A stretch of 64,000 nucleotides of DNA from Myxococcota bacterium. GTDB taxonomy: Bacteria; Myxococcota_A; UBA9160; UBA4427. Below the pieces are notes generated by a model that was given only the letters and a program-made list of their open reading frames with translations, was not told the DNA's origin and searched no databases. Positions 38,699 through 48,274 of this stretch are shown here, one piece after another. The DNA is taken from contig OZ252299.1 in assembly GCA_965250285.1 (NCBI GenBank), positions 5,088,001 through 5,152,000 of the forward strand. The letters run 5' to 3'. How positions within the stretch are numbered: the first letter of the stretch is position 1; each line of letters starts with the position of its first letter. Both the position numbers and the translations under genes were made by a program.

Positions 38699-39625
38699 AT
38701 GCCGGTGCGGCTCACCCTGCTTCTCATCGTGGTGTCGGTCGCGTGCGGCTTCAGCACCGCCGTGTGGGCCGAAGAAGCCGCAGGCGTTTCGACCAATTCG
38801 CGGGAGGCGTCCGAGTCGCCGTCCCCCGTTGCGGGCGACGTCGACGCCGCTTCGAGTGTGACGCCGGGCACACTTGCGATGTCGACGGACGAGCCCGACT
38901 GGGAAGACGACTGGGACGATTGGGACGACGAGCTCGATACCGTGCCCCAGGGCTACAGCGATCCCTTCGAGCCGGTCAATCGCGTAACGCTCTCGTTCAA
39001 CAACGCGATCGACCGCCTCGTGCTCGACCCGGTGACGCGGCTCTACCGCTTCTCGCTGCCCGACTTCTCGCGTCAGGCGATCGTGCGCATCCTCAACAAC
39101 GTCAACTCGCCGCAGGTGATGGTGAACGACGCGCTGCAGCTCGAGTGGCGGGACGCGGGGGTGATCACCTCGCGGCTGCTGCTCAACTCGACCGCCGGCC
39201 TGGGCGGCATCTTCGACGTGGCCCAGCCCATGGGTCTCGAGCACCACGAATCGGATTTCGGTCAGACCCTGACGCTCGCGGGTGTGCCGGCCGGGACCTA
39301 TCTCGTGCTGCCGATGTTCGGCCCGGCCAACATGCGCGACACGATCGGGATCGGGGTCGACGCCCTGCTCCACCCCACCTTCTACCTGCTGCCCGGTACC
39401 GATCTGCTGCTCTTCGGGGGCTCGGCGGGCGTGGTGACGCGCGCGCGGCACTTCGAGGAGATCCAGGCGCTGAAGGAGAGCTCGGTCGACGTGTACTCGG
39501 CGCTGCGCAGCGGGTACTACCAGAACCGGCAGGCCGAGATCTGGAGCCGCCGCGAGGGGCGTCGCCCCCCCGAGCGCGAACCGGTCCGCGATCTCGACCC
39601 GACCTTCGACGAAGGCGACCTCTGA
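38699..39625 (+). CDS. mlaA: MlaA/VacJ-family lipid asymmetry protein
   Basis: DPFEPVNR, NSTAGLGGIFDVA, DFGQTL, YLVLPMFGP..RD, YSALRSGYYQNR. Confidence 0.92.
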   Translation: MPVRLTLLLIVVSVACGFSTAVWAEEAAGVSTNSREASESPSPVAGDVDAASSVTPGTLAMSTDEPDWEDDWDDWDDELDTVPQGYSDPFEPVNRVTLSFNNAIDRLVLDPVTRLYRFSLPDFSRQAIVRILNNVNSPQVMVNDALQLEWRDAGVITSRLLLNSTAGLGGIFDVAQPMGLEHHESDFGQTLTLAGVPAGTYLVLPMFGPANMRDTIGIGVDALLHPTFYLLPGTDLLLFGGSAGVVTRARHFEEIQALKESSVDVYSALRSGYYQNRQAEIWSRREGRRPPEREPVRDLDPTFDEGDL

Positions 39626-39661
39626 GGGAGCGGCGGCGCGAGCCCGTCGCCGGCGACCCGC

Positions 39662-40342
39662 TCAGCCGTCGTTCCCGTCTTCGCGCAGATCCGAGATCTT
39701 CTTGTCGATCGCCGTCGCCAGCTTCTCGAAGCCGTCGCGCTTGAGGGTCGACGAGTACTCCGAGCGTCGCAGGGCGAGCTCGCTGACCGTGCCCTTCAGG
39801 TAGACGTCGATGATGCGCCAGCCGTCCCGGGTCTGGCGCAGCCGGTAGCTCAGGTCGACGTCTTCGTCCCCGGGCACGGTCACCCGGGTCAGCACCATCA
39901 CGGTGTCGCGGGCGGCAGGCTCGTTGCCGAGGGTCTCGAAGGCCTCGCCCGAGTAGCCGGTGAAGCGCCCGGCGTAGTTGCTGACGGTGAGCTGCTCGAA
40001 CTTCTCGCGCCACGCTTTCTGCTGCTCGGCGGAGAGCTGCTTCCACTGGCGGCCGACCGACTTCGACGACATGAAGTCGAGATCGAACGCGTTGTCCATG
40101 CGCGGCGCGAGATACTCGACGCGCTCGTCGAAGCTCAGGTCGCCCGAGCCCTTCATCATGTCCATCAGCGCGCCGTGAAAGGTCTCGACGACTTCGGTCG
40201 GCGTCGGCGCTGCGCTGGCCGTGGGCTCGCCTTCGGCACGCACCGGGAGGGCGGCGAAGAAGATCATCGTCGCGCAAGCGATCGCGCGCACGGTGCTCGA
40301 CCGGGTCGATCGAATTCGGGAGATGAAGGAAGGGACACGCAT
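39662..40342 (-). CDS. mlaC: MlaC/Ttg2D (HpnM-like) periplasmic lipid shuttle
   Basis: AFDLDFMS..SVGRQW, YAGRF..YSG, WRIIDVYLKGTVSELALRRSEY. Confidence 0.85.
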   Translation of the reverse strand: MRVPSFISRIRSTRSSTVRAIACATMIFFAALPVRAEGEPTASAAPTPTEVVETFHGALMDMMKGSGDLSFDERVEYLAPRMDNAFDLDFMSSKSVGRQWKQLSAEQQKAWREKFEQLTVSNYAGRFTGYSGEAFETLGNEPAARDTVMVLTRVTVPGDEDVDLSYRLRQTRDGWRIIDVYLKGTVSELALRRSEYSSTLKRDGFEKLATAIDKKISDLREDGNDG

Positions 40343-40597
40343 CGTGATCGGTCTCTCGAGGGGGGGCGAGGTCCTGAGAAGCAGCTCATCGCAGCGGCTT
40401 GAATTCGCCGGCACGACGCGGCAAGCAGCCGCAAGACTAGCGAAGCGGAACGTCCACTCGGCTGCATCGCGGCGTGGCATTTGGGAGTCCGCGATCCACC
40501 GTTCCGTTCCACACCGCCTCAGGGCGTCCAGACGGGAGCCTGGGCGGGGGCGTGGGCGGATGTAGAGGCGTGCGCGCAGGCGTACGCAGAGGCGGGA

Positions 40598-40643
40598 GCG
40601 TGCGGTTACTCGCCCAGGGCGCGTGCGGTTACTCGCCCAGGGC
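40598..40643. repeat. Exact tandem 2x23-bp duplication covering the hydrolase stop codon
   Basis: gcgtgcggttactcgcccagggc at 40598 and 40621. Confidence 0.92.
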
Positions 40644-41504
40644 GAATGCCGAGAGCGCCTCGGCAAAGCCCTCGGGATTGTCGGTCATGACCGAGTGTCC
40701 CGCCTGGGCCACCACGGCGAGCTTGCCCCGCCTGGTCGCTTCGTCCGCCATGCGATCGGCCGTGTCGGCGCTCACGATGTCGCTCGCTGCACCGCGCACG
40801 ACGAGCACGGGACATTCGAGCGCCTCGAGCCCCTTCCACATCGCCTCGGCGCGCTCGGCCTCCATCGCCGCGAGCGTCTCGGCGTCGGGCCCTTCGCCGT
40901 CGCCACCGACGGTCCGACGCAGGTTCGTATCCATCTTCAGCTGCCAGCGGCCGTCCTCGCCCTGCCGCAGCTGATGCTTCGCCATGCGCTGGATCGCTTC
41001 GGGCGTCGCGGCCGGGTAGGCGTGCGCCAGCATCGTCTCGTACTGCGACACGCGATCGAAGACCGGCGTCACGTTCTGGGCCGTATCCATCGAGATTCGG
41101 ACAGCGCCTCGGCGGTCGATCTCGGGTGCGGAGTCGACGATCACCAGACCGGCGATGCGTTCGGCCGCTTCGCCGGCGAGCAGCATCGACACCCGGCCCC
41201 CCAGCGAGTGCGCGACGATGACGACGCGCTCGATCCCGAGCTGATCGAGCATCGATTGCACGTCGCCGACCATGTCGGCGTAGTCGTACTTGCCCTCGGG
41301 GTGCCAGTCGCTGTCGCCGTGTCCCCTCAGGTCCATCGCGAGCACGCGGTAGTAGGGGGCGAGCAGCGGGGCGACGTCATCCCAGATGTGGGCCTCGTTC
41401 GAGAAGCCGTGGATGAAGAGCAGCGCCGTGCCCTCGGCGCTCCATTCGAGCACGTTGAGGGTCAGGCCGGAGTCGACGGGCACACGCAGGGACTTGGGTT
41501 CCAT
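40629..41504 (-). CDS. Alpha/beta fold hydrolase
   Basis: FIHGF, DLRGHGDS, AHSLGG, AGHSVMTDNP. Confidence 0.92.
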   Translation of the reverse strand: MEPKSLRVPVDSGLTLNVLEWSAEGTALLFIHGFSNEAHIWDDVAPLLAPYYRVLAMDLRGHGDSDWHPEGKYDYADMVGDVQSMLDQLGIERVVIVAHSLGGRVSMLLAGEAAERIAGLVIVDSAPEIDRRGAVRISMDTAQNVTPVFDRVSQYETMLAHAYPAATPEAIQRMAKHQLRQGEDGRWQLKMDTNLRRTVGGDGEGPDAETLAAMEAERAEAMWKGLEALECPVLVVRGAASDIVSADTADRMADEATRRGKLAVVAQAGHSVMTDNPEGFAEALSAFALGE

Positions 41505-41687
41505 GCCGCGAGTCTAACGCGGCCCGGGCGCCGCGAGCGGGTCGACGCGCGCGCTTCGCTGCGACTGGAAAATGCTGCTGATCCGGGACGTTGAGCGCAA
41601 TCAAGGTCGAAGGTTGAATGGCTCTTCAATCAGGATCGGCGCTCGGCTGTGCGCTAGGTTGGGCTCCCCCGCGAACCGGAGACAGCC

Positions 41688-43955
41688 ATGCCTGCCATCG
41701 AAACCACCCCCGAGCTCGCTGCCCAGACCTACGACCGCATGAAGGAGCGGCTCGCGATCGTACGCGAGCGCCTCGATCGACCGCTGACCTACGCCGAGAA
41801 GGTGCTGCTCGGGCACCTCGACGACCCCAAGGGCCAGGAGCTCGACCCCGGGGAGAGCTACCTGCTGCTGCGCCCCGATCGCATCGCGATGCAGGACGCG
41901 ACGGCGCAGATGGCGCTGCTCCAGTTCATGCAGGCGGGCAAGGATGAGACGGCGGTGCCGACCACGGTGCACTGCGACCATCTGATTCAGGCTTACAAGG
42001 GCAGCCTCGTCGACCTGGCCGAGGCCCGGAACAGCAACGCCGAGGTCTACGCCTTCCTGCGCAGCTGCTCGGCGCGCTACGGCATCGGCTTCTGGGGACC
42101 GGGCGCCGGCATCATCCATCAGGTGGTGCTCGAGAAGTACGCCTACCCCGGCGGCATGATGCTCGGCACCGACTCGCACACGCCGAACGCCGGCGGCCTC
42201 GGCATGTTCGCCTGTGGTGTGGGCGGCGCCGACGCGGTCGACGTGATGGCGGGCTTTCCGTGGGAGGTGCTCTACCCGAACAAGGTCGGCGTGCTGCTGA
42301 CCGGCGAGCTCGGCGGCTGGTCGTCGCCGAAGGACGTGATCCTGAAGGTGCTCGACGAGCTGACCGTGAAGGGCGGCACCAACCGGGTGGTCGAGTACTT
42401 CGGCCCGGGTGCCGAGTCGATCAGCTGCACCGGCAAGGGCACGATCACGAACATGGGCGCCGAGCTCGGCGCCACGACGTCGATCTTCCCCTACGACGCG
42501 CGCATGCGGACGTACCTCGATGCGACCGAGCGCAGCGCGCTGGCCGACGTCGCCGACGCGAATCGCGAGCTGCTCTCGCAGGATCCCGAGATCGCGGCCG
42601 ATCCCGGCAAGTACTTCGACGTGCTCGTCGAGATCGATCTGTCGAAGCTCGAGCCGCACATCGTGGGGCCGCACACGCCCGATCTCGCGCGCCCCGTCTC
42701 GATGATGGGCTCGGACGCGAAGTCGAACGACTATCCGATGGATCTGACCAGCGCGCTGATCGGCTCGTGCACGAACAGCTCGTACGAAGACATGAGCCGC
42801 GCGGCCGACGTCGCACGCCAGGCCAAGGCGGCGGGCATCGAGCCGAAGATTCCGCTGATGGTGACGCCCGGCAGCGAGCAGGTGAACCAGACCATCGAGC
42901 GCGACGGCCAGATGGCCGATCTCGAGGCGATCGGCGCGACGGTCCTCGCCAACGCCTGCGGGCCGTGCATCGGCCAGTGGAAGCGCGATGACATCGAGAA
43001 GGGCACCCGCAACTCGATCATCAACTCGTACAACCGCAACTTCCCGAAGCGCGCCGACGGCAACCCCGAGACGTACTCGTTCATCGGGAGCCCCGAGGTC
43101 GTCGTGGCGTACGCGCTCGCCGGATCGCTCGACTTCGATCCGATCCACGACAACGTGCCCGGCACCGATGTGAAGCTCGACCCGCCCGGCGAGGCGCCCG
43201 AGATCCCCGCCGACGGCTTCGTCATCAGCTACGAGGGCTACGAGGGCCCGCCGGCCGATCGCACGGGCGTGACCGTCGATGTGAAGGACGACAGCGAGCG
43301 GCTGCAGCTGCTCACGCCGTTCAGTGAGTGGAACGGCCAGGACTACGTGAAGCTGCCCCTTCTGCTCAAGGCTCAGGGCAAGTGCACGACCGACCACATC
43401 TCGATGGCCGGCCCGTGGCTCCGCTTTCGGGGCCACCTCGACAACATCAGCGACAACATGTTCATCGGCGCGATCAACGCGTTCACCGGCGATGCGGGCG
43501 AGGGGCTCGATCAGCTCTCGGGCGAGAAGGGCGTGTCCTTCCCGAAGATCGCGCGCCACTACAAGAGCGAGGGGCTGCGCTGGGTGGTCGTCGGCGACGA
43601 GAACTACGGCGAGGGATCGAGTCGCGAGCACGCGGCGATGAGCCCGCGGCACCTCGGCGCGGCGGCGGTGATCGTGCGGAGCTTCGCGCGCATCCACGAG
43701 TCGAACCTGAAGAAGCAGGGCGTTCTGCCGCTCACGTTCGACGACCCGGCCGACTACGACAAGGTGCAGGAGACCGACAAGATCTCGATCGTCGGCCTCG
43801 CGAGCCTGAAGCCCGACGTGCCGCTGCAGGTGACCCTCGATCACGCCGATGGCAGCGAGGACACGATCACCGTGAATCACACGCTCAACGATGAGCAGAT
43901 CGAGTGGTTCAAGGCGGGGTCGGCGCTGAACCTGCTGCGCGCGCAGGCCGGCTGA
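41688..43955 (+). CDS. acnA: Aconitate hydratase (mitochondrial-like type)
   Basis: MQDATAQMA, HCDHLI, DSHTPN, IGSCTNSSYED, NACGPCIGQW, TTDHIS, GEGSSREHAA. Confidence 0.96.
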   Translation: MPAIETTPELAAQTYDRMKERLAIVRERLDRPLTYAEKVLLGHLDDPKGQELDPGESYLLLRPDRIAMQDATAQMALLQFMQAGKDETAVPTTVHCDHLIQAYKGSLVDLAEARNSNAEVYAFLRSCSARYGIGFWGPGAGIIHQVVLEKYAYPGGMMLGTDSHTPNAGGLGMFACGVGGADAVDVMAGFPWEVLYPNKVGVLLTGELGGWSSPKDVILKVLDELTVKGGTNRVVEYFGPGAESISCTGKGTITNMGAELGATTSIFPYDARMRTYLDATERSALADVADANRELLSQDPEIAADPGKYFDVLVEIDLSKLEPHIVGPHTPDLARPVSMMGSDAKSNDYPMDLTSALIGSCTNSSYEDMSRAADVARQAKAAGIEPKIPLMVTPGSEQVNQTIERDGQMADLEAIGATVLANACGPCIGQWKRDDIEKGTRNSIINSYNRNFPKRADGNPETYSFIGSPEVVVAYALAGSLDFDPIHDNVPGTDVKLDPPGEAPEIPADGFVISYEGYEGPPADRTGVTVDVKDDSERLQLLTPFSEWNGQDYVKLPLLLKAQGKCTTDHISMAGPWLRFRGHLDNISDNMFIGAINAFTGDAGEGLDQLSGEKGVSFPKIARHYKSEGLRWVVVGDENYGEGSSREHAAMSPRHLGAAAVIVRSFARIHESNLKKQGVLPLTFDDPADYDKVQETDKISIVGLASLKPDVPLQVTLDHADGSEDTITVNHTLNDEQIEWFKAGSALNLLRAQAG

Positions 43956-44158
43956 AGCCGCCTGCGATCGTGCGATGCTCGGCGTCCAGGCGTCGGCGCA
44001 CTCGAGCGAGCGAGCCGATCTGCCCTCGAACGGGTCGAAACGGTGACAGGGCGATGCACCCCCTTGCTGCCGCCGCGAGGCGGCGCATGCTTGAGATGAT
44101 TCGTCCTTCCGACCATCAGACCGGCGCGCTTCTCACGCGTGCGTGATTTGGGGGGCCC

Positions 44159-45091
44159 GTGGCCTCGCCCACCGTCGTCATCGTGAACCCCGAGAGCAAC
44201 GGCGGCCGGACGCGCGTGCGCTGGCCCGCGCTCGAGGGTCGGCTGCGCGACGCAGTGGGAAAGGTCGAGATCGTCGAGACCGACGGGCCTGGCGGCGGTG
44301 ACCGTGCAGCGCGCGAAGCCGCGCGGGCCGGCGCCGATCGCATCGTGGTCGTCGGGGGGGACGGCAGCCTTTCGGAAGCCGCGACCGGCGTGCTCGACGA
44401 AGGCTTTGGCGACCGCATCGCCCTCGGCTGGCTGCCGATGGGAACGGGCTGCGACTTCGGTCGCAGTGTCGGCGTGTCGCGGGACCCCGCCCGCGCATTG
44501 GCCTCGCTCGCACGTGGAGCGCGACGCCGCGTCGACGTCGGCGCGATCACGTTCGAAGGCGAAGGCGGTGTCGAGCGCACGCGCCGCTTCCTGAACGTCG
44601 CGAGCTTCGGCCTGTCGGGACTGACCGACCTGCACGTCGCGCGGGCGGGCCGTTCACTCGGACCGACGGCCGCCTTTCTGATCGGCAGTCTGCGCGCGAT
44701 TCGCGACTACGCTCCGCCGCTCGTCGGCATCGACATCGACGGCGAGCGCGTGTTCGAAGGCGAGGTCGCGATGGCCGTCGCGGCGAACGGCCGCTTCTTC
44801 GGCAGCGGCATGGAGATCGCCCCGGGCGCCGTCGTCGACGATGGGCTGTTGACCGTGCTCGTCGTGTCGTGGATGTCGAAGCCACGCCTCGTCGCCAATC
44901 TGCCGTCGCTCTACCGCGGCACCCACGTGACCCATCCCAACGTGACGGTGCTGTCGGGCAAGCGGATGGAGGCGCATGCGCTGCGCGGTGAGGCCTTGCT
45001 CGACGTCGACGGCGAGCCGCTCGGCGCGCTGCCGGCCACGGTCGAACTCGTGCCGTCGGCCCTCGAGCTCTTCGGCGTCGAACCGGCATGA
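44159..45091 (+). CDS. Diacylglycerol/sphingosine kinase family lipid kinase
   Basis: IVNPESNGG, VVGGDGS, PMGTGCDF, ANGRFFGSGM, DDGLL, DVDGE. Confidence 0.92.
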   Translation: MASPTVVIVNPESNGGRTRVRWPALEGRLRDAVGKVEIVETDGPGGGDRAAREAARAGADRIVVVGGDGSLSEAATGVLDEGFGDRIALGWLPMGTGCDFGRSVGVSRDPARALASLARGARRRVDVGAITFEGEGGVERTRRFLNVASFGLSGLTDLHVARAGRSLGPTAAFLIGSLRAIRDYAPPLVGIDIDGERVFEGEVAMAVAANGRFFGSGMEIAPGAVVDDGLLTVLVVSWMSKPRLVANLPSLYRGTHVTHPNVTVLSGKRMEAHALRGEALLDVDGEPLGALPATVELVPSALELFGVEPA

Positions 45092-46053
45092 GCCTCTTCG
45101 ACGACATTCGCGCCGGCGCCGCCGAGGTTGCGCGCCGGGCGCGCTTCGTGCGCATCGACGAGGCCGGGCTCGACGCGCTGGCCGATGTCCTCGTGGCGGA
45201 GAAGGTGCCGCCCCCGAGCCAGGACCCGGCGCATCATCCCTTCGAAGACGACGACGAGAAGGCGATCTCGTTCATCGTGACGCTCGACGCGGTGAACTTC
45301 GGCTCGGGCTACTTCCCCCACCTCGTGAAGCGCGAAGGCAAGTCGGGCTACTTCACGATCGCCGGCGGACTCGAAGATCATGTGCGCGCGCACGGTCCGC
45401 TCGACGCGGCGGCGCTGCGGCAGGCCACGGTTCAGTCGTGCAGCGCGCTCTTCGCGCAGCCCCTCGACGACCCGGCCCGCGCCGAGCTGATGGGGCTCTT
45501 CGCGAAGGCGTGGAACGAGCTCGGGGCGAGGCTCGATTCACATCACGGCGGCTCGTTCGTCGCGCTCGTCGCTTCGGCCGAAGGGCGCGCCGAGGCGCTG
45601 GTGCGCGAGCTCGCCGAGCTCTCGTGCTACCGCGACGAGTCGGTGTACGACGGCAAGGTACGTGTCCCCCTCTACAAGCGGGCGCAGATCACGGTGAGCG
45701 ATCTCAACGAGGCGTTCGGCGGGGCGGGCCCCGGTGCCTTTGCCGACCTCGACGATCTGACGATGTTCCCCGACAACCTCGTGCCCCACGTGCTGCGGGT
45801 GGAGGGCGTGCTCGAGTACGACGCCGATCTGCTCGCGCGAATCGATGCGGGCGAGCTCCTCGAGGTAGGGACGCCCGAGGAGATCGAGATTCGCGCCGTG
45901 GGCCTGCACGCGGTCGAGCGCCTCGTCGCGGCGTGTCGCGCGCGGGGGCTCGAGACGAATGCGCCTTCGCTCGACCATCGGCTCTGGCATCGTGGTCAGG
46001 ATCCGCGCATCAAGGCCCATCCGCGGCACCGAGCGCGCTGCACCTTCTACTAG
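45088..46053 (+). CDS. Queuosine salvage hydrolase (DUF2419/Qng1 family)
   Basis: LDAVNFGSG, YRD, LYKRAQI, LTMFPDNLVPHVL, EIEIRA, LDHRLW, HRARCTFY C-terminus. Confidence 0.88.
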   Translation: MSLFDDIRAGAAEVARRARFVRIDEAGLDALADVLVAEKVPPPSQDPAHHPFEDDDEKAISFIVTLDAVNFGSGYFPHLVKREGKSGYFTIAGGLEDHVRAHGPLDAAALRQATVQSCSALFAQPLDDPARAELMGLFAKAWNELGARLDSHHGGSFVALVASAEGRAEALVRELAELSCYRDESVYDGKVRVPLYKRAQITVSDLNEAFGGAGPGAFADLDDLTMFPDNLVPHVLRVEGVLEYDADLLARIDAGELLEVGTPEEIEIRAVGLHAVERLVAACRARGLETNAPSLDHRLWHRGQDPRIKAHPRHRARCTFY

Positions 46054-46105
46054 GGGGACTCGGGCTCCTAGGGACCTCGGGTCCTCGTCGTCGCGAGCCG
46101 CGCGC

Positions 46106-47416
46106 TCAGAAGAGGCTGCCCGACCGCGCCCCCTTCTTGGAGTCGGGGGCCAGCGCGTCGAGCGCATCCTTGATCGCCGCGACCTGGGCCTCATCCAGGC
46201 CATAGCGTGCGAGCGCACCCCAGGGCTGCATCTCGATGCCGTGGGGCGTGTCGCCCTCGAGCGCGACGATCAGAAAGGCCATGCGATCGCCGATGCGGAG
46301 CAGCGCGGGTCGCAGCTCGGTCTCGAGGTCGTAGGGCGGCTTCGCGTCGTCGTCGGCTTCGACCCGTTGCTGGATCGCCTTGGCCGCTTCGATCTGTGTC
46401 CGGTAGAAGGCGCGCACCCTGGTCTCGTCGGGGGGCGCTACGCCCTGGCGCGCCGCTTCGGCCGAGACGGCACGCCAGGCCGCGTCGAGCACGACCGCTT
46501 CGCGCTCGGGCACGGCGATCGGTAGATCGTGCGCGCGCTTGTAGAGCGCGACGTACGGCATCAGCGCGAGCCGCTCGTCGACGGCGGCGACGATGGCTGC
46601 GACGACGCTCGCATAGGCGTCGACCGGGTCGATGCCGAGTTCGTTCTGCTGCAGATCGAGCAGAGCGCGTCGCCCGCGCGGCGTTTCGAGCCAGGCATCG
46701 AGCTCGGCCAACAGCTCGGTCTGGCCGGGTGCGGCGAATACGGCCTTGCGGTCGAGGGTGAGCGGGCCGAGCTGTAGCCAGTCGGGATGATCATCGCGCC
46801 AGACCGGCGACTCGCGCGTGTCGGTCACGACGGCGTCGACCTCGTCGCGCGCGAGCAGGCCGGGCACGGCCTCGTTGGGGCTGGTCGGCACGATCTCGGC
46901 CTTCGGGAAGCGTTCACGGGCCACGCGTTCGAGATGTCCACCGCGGTTCACGGCGATGCGGCGCTTCGCCGAGTTCAGATCACCGAGGGTGAGCTTCGGT
47001 GAAGAGACGAGCACGACCGCACTCGTCCGCGCGAGCGGCACGCTGAAGGTGCCGACGACGGAGCGATCGGGCCGCACGGTGATGCCGCTCGCCGCGAGAT
47101 CGAAGCGGCCCGCGCGGGCGTCTTCGATCAGCTCCGGCCAGGTGAACCGCACCCATTCGATGCGTCGTCCGGTCGCGCGCGACCAGCTCCGCAGCAGCTC
47201 CGGCGAGAAGCCGCGTGGCTTCTCGGCGTTCTCGGGCCAGATGCTGAACGGGGCGTAGTCGCCGCTCGTCGCGACGCGCACGGTCTCGCTCGCGGCCGGC
47301 TCGGGTGAAGCGTTCGGCCGAGCCCCGCAGGCGAACAGCCAGATCGCGGTGAGCGCGACCAGGCTGCAGGCCAGGCGGCGCGAGGCGAACCCAGCATGCG
47401 TCGGGTGTGTCTTCAT
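46106..47416 (-). CDS. Exported fusion: PheC/cyclohexadienyl dehydratase-like SBP domain + AroQ-gamma chorismate mutase
   Basis: Lipobox-like LFAC; ATSGDYAPFS, SGITVRPDR, TDTRE; C-terminal ERLALMPYVALYK..PI..PERE, QIEAAKAIQ, LRPAL. Confidence 0.8.
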   Translation of the reverse strand: MKTHPTHAGFASRRLACSLVALTAIWLFACGARPNASPEPAASETVRVATSGDYAPFSIWPENAEKPRGFSPELLRSWSRATGRRIEWVRFTWPELIEDARAGRFDLAASGITVRPDRSVVGTFSVPLARTSAVVLVSSPKLTLGDLNSAKRRIAVNRGGHLERVARERFPKAEIVPTSPNEAVPGLLARDEVDAVVTDTRESPVWRDDHPDWLQLGPLTLDRKAVFAAPGQTELLAELDAWLETPRGRRALLDLQQNELGIDPVDAYASVVAAIVAAVDERLALMPYVALYKRAHDLPIAVPEREAVVLDAAWRAVSAEAARQGVAPPDETRVRAFYRTQIEAAKAIQQRVEADDDAKPPYDLETELRPALLRIGDRMAFLIVALEGDTPHGIEMQPWGALARYGLDEAQVAAIKDALDALAPDSKKGARSGSLF

Positions 47417-47565
47417 ACGGGGGATCTTAGGCGCTGCGGCTCGGGGTTTCGCCCACCCGCGCCCCATCGAAGCCGCATGATTCGCCGGGTCCCACCCGCA
47501 ATGAAGGCATCGCGATCGTGGCGGAATTCGGTGTGAGATGCCGAATTCGGGCGGTTCGCGGCTGA

Positions 47566-47594
47566 TTGACCCTCTTCGTCAGTTCGCGTAAGAT
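47566..47594 (+). promoter_or_regulatory. Putative sigma70 promoter of the cold-shock-domain gene
   Basis: TTGACC (47566-47571), 17 nt, TAAGAT (47589-47594). Confidence 0.7.
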
Positions 47595-47704
47595 CCCGCG
47601 CCATCTGAGGGCCTCCCCCCGATCCCGAAGTACTTCTCGCGCGTCGCCGCGCACCCAAGAACCGGCGACGTGCTGCGGCCCCCTGCTCTCTCGAGGTGAT
47701 TTCC

Positions 47705-48187
47705 ATGCAGAACATCGAAGAAATCGAGTCGGGTCTGCTCGTGACGCACAAGGCGACGGGCCTTCGCTACTCCGTCGTCGAGGCGGAAGACGAAGAGGTG
47801 CTGCTCTCGCCCGAGCAGGACGGTCTCCAGGATCTCACGATGCCGCTCGAGCTCTTTCAGCAGGAGTTCGTGGCGTCGGATCGCTTCCGCGGCACCAATC
47901 CGCGCCGCCGCGGACGCGGGGGTCGAGGTCGTCGCGCACAGGCAGCCCCCGCCGCACCGACCGGACCCAAGTGCAAAGGCAAGATCAAGAAGATGGTGCG
48001 CGATCGTGGCTTCGGGTTCATTCGCGGCGACGACGGCAAGGAAGTCTTCTTTCACCGATCGGGCCTGAACGCGGCCGAGTACGACGGTCTGAACGAGGGT
48101 GATCCGGTCGAGTACGTCGTTCAGGAAGGCCCGCGCGGCGCGCGCGCCGAGAACGTAAAGTTCGCCCAGAGCACGCCCGCCAGCTGA
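47705..48187 (+). CDS. Cold-shock-domain protein with N-terminal extra domain and Arg/Gly-rich linker
   Basis: RBS GAGGTG; RNP1 RGFGFI, RNP2 EVFFH, GPRGARAENV; linker RRRGRGGRGRR. Confidence 0.88.
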   Translation: MQNIEEIESGLLVTHKATGLRYSVVEAEDEEVLLSPEQDGLQDLTMPLELFQQEFVASDRFRGTNPRRRGRGGRGRRAQAAPAAPTGPKCKGKIKKMVRDRGFGFIRGDDGKEVFFHRSGLNAAEYDGLNEGDPVEYVVQEGPRGARAENVKFAQSTPAS

Positions 48188-48274
48188 TCCGCCTCCTCCT
48201 ACGCCTCCGCCCCCGAAGCTGAAGCGAGACACGCCGCCGCGCGCACAGCGCCCGTGCGTCGCAGCACCTCGACT

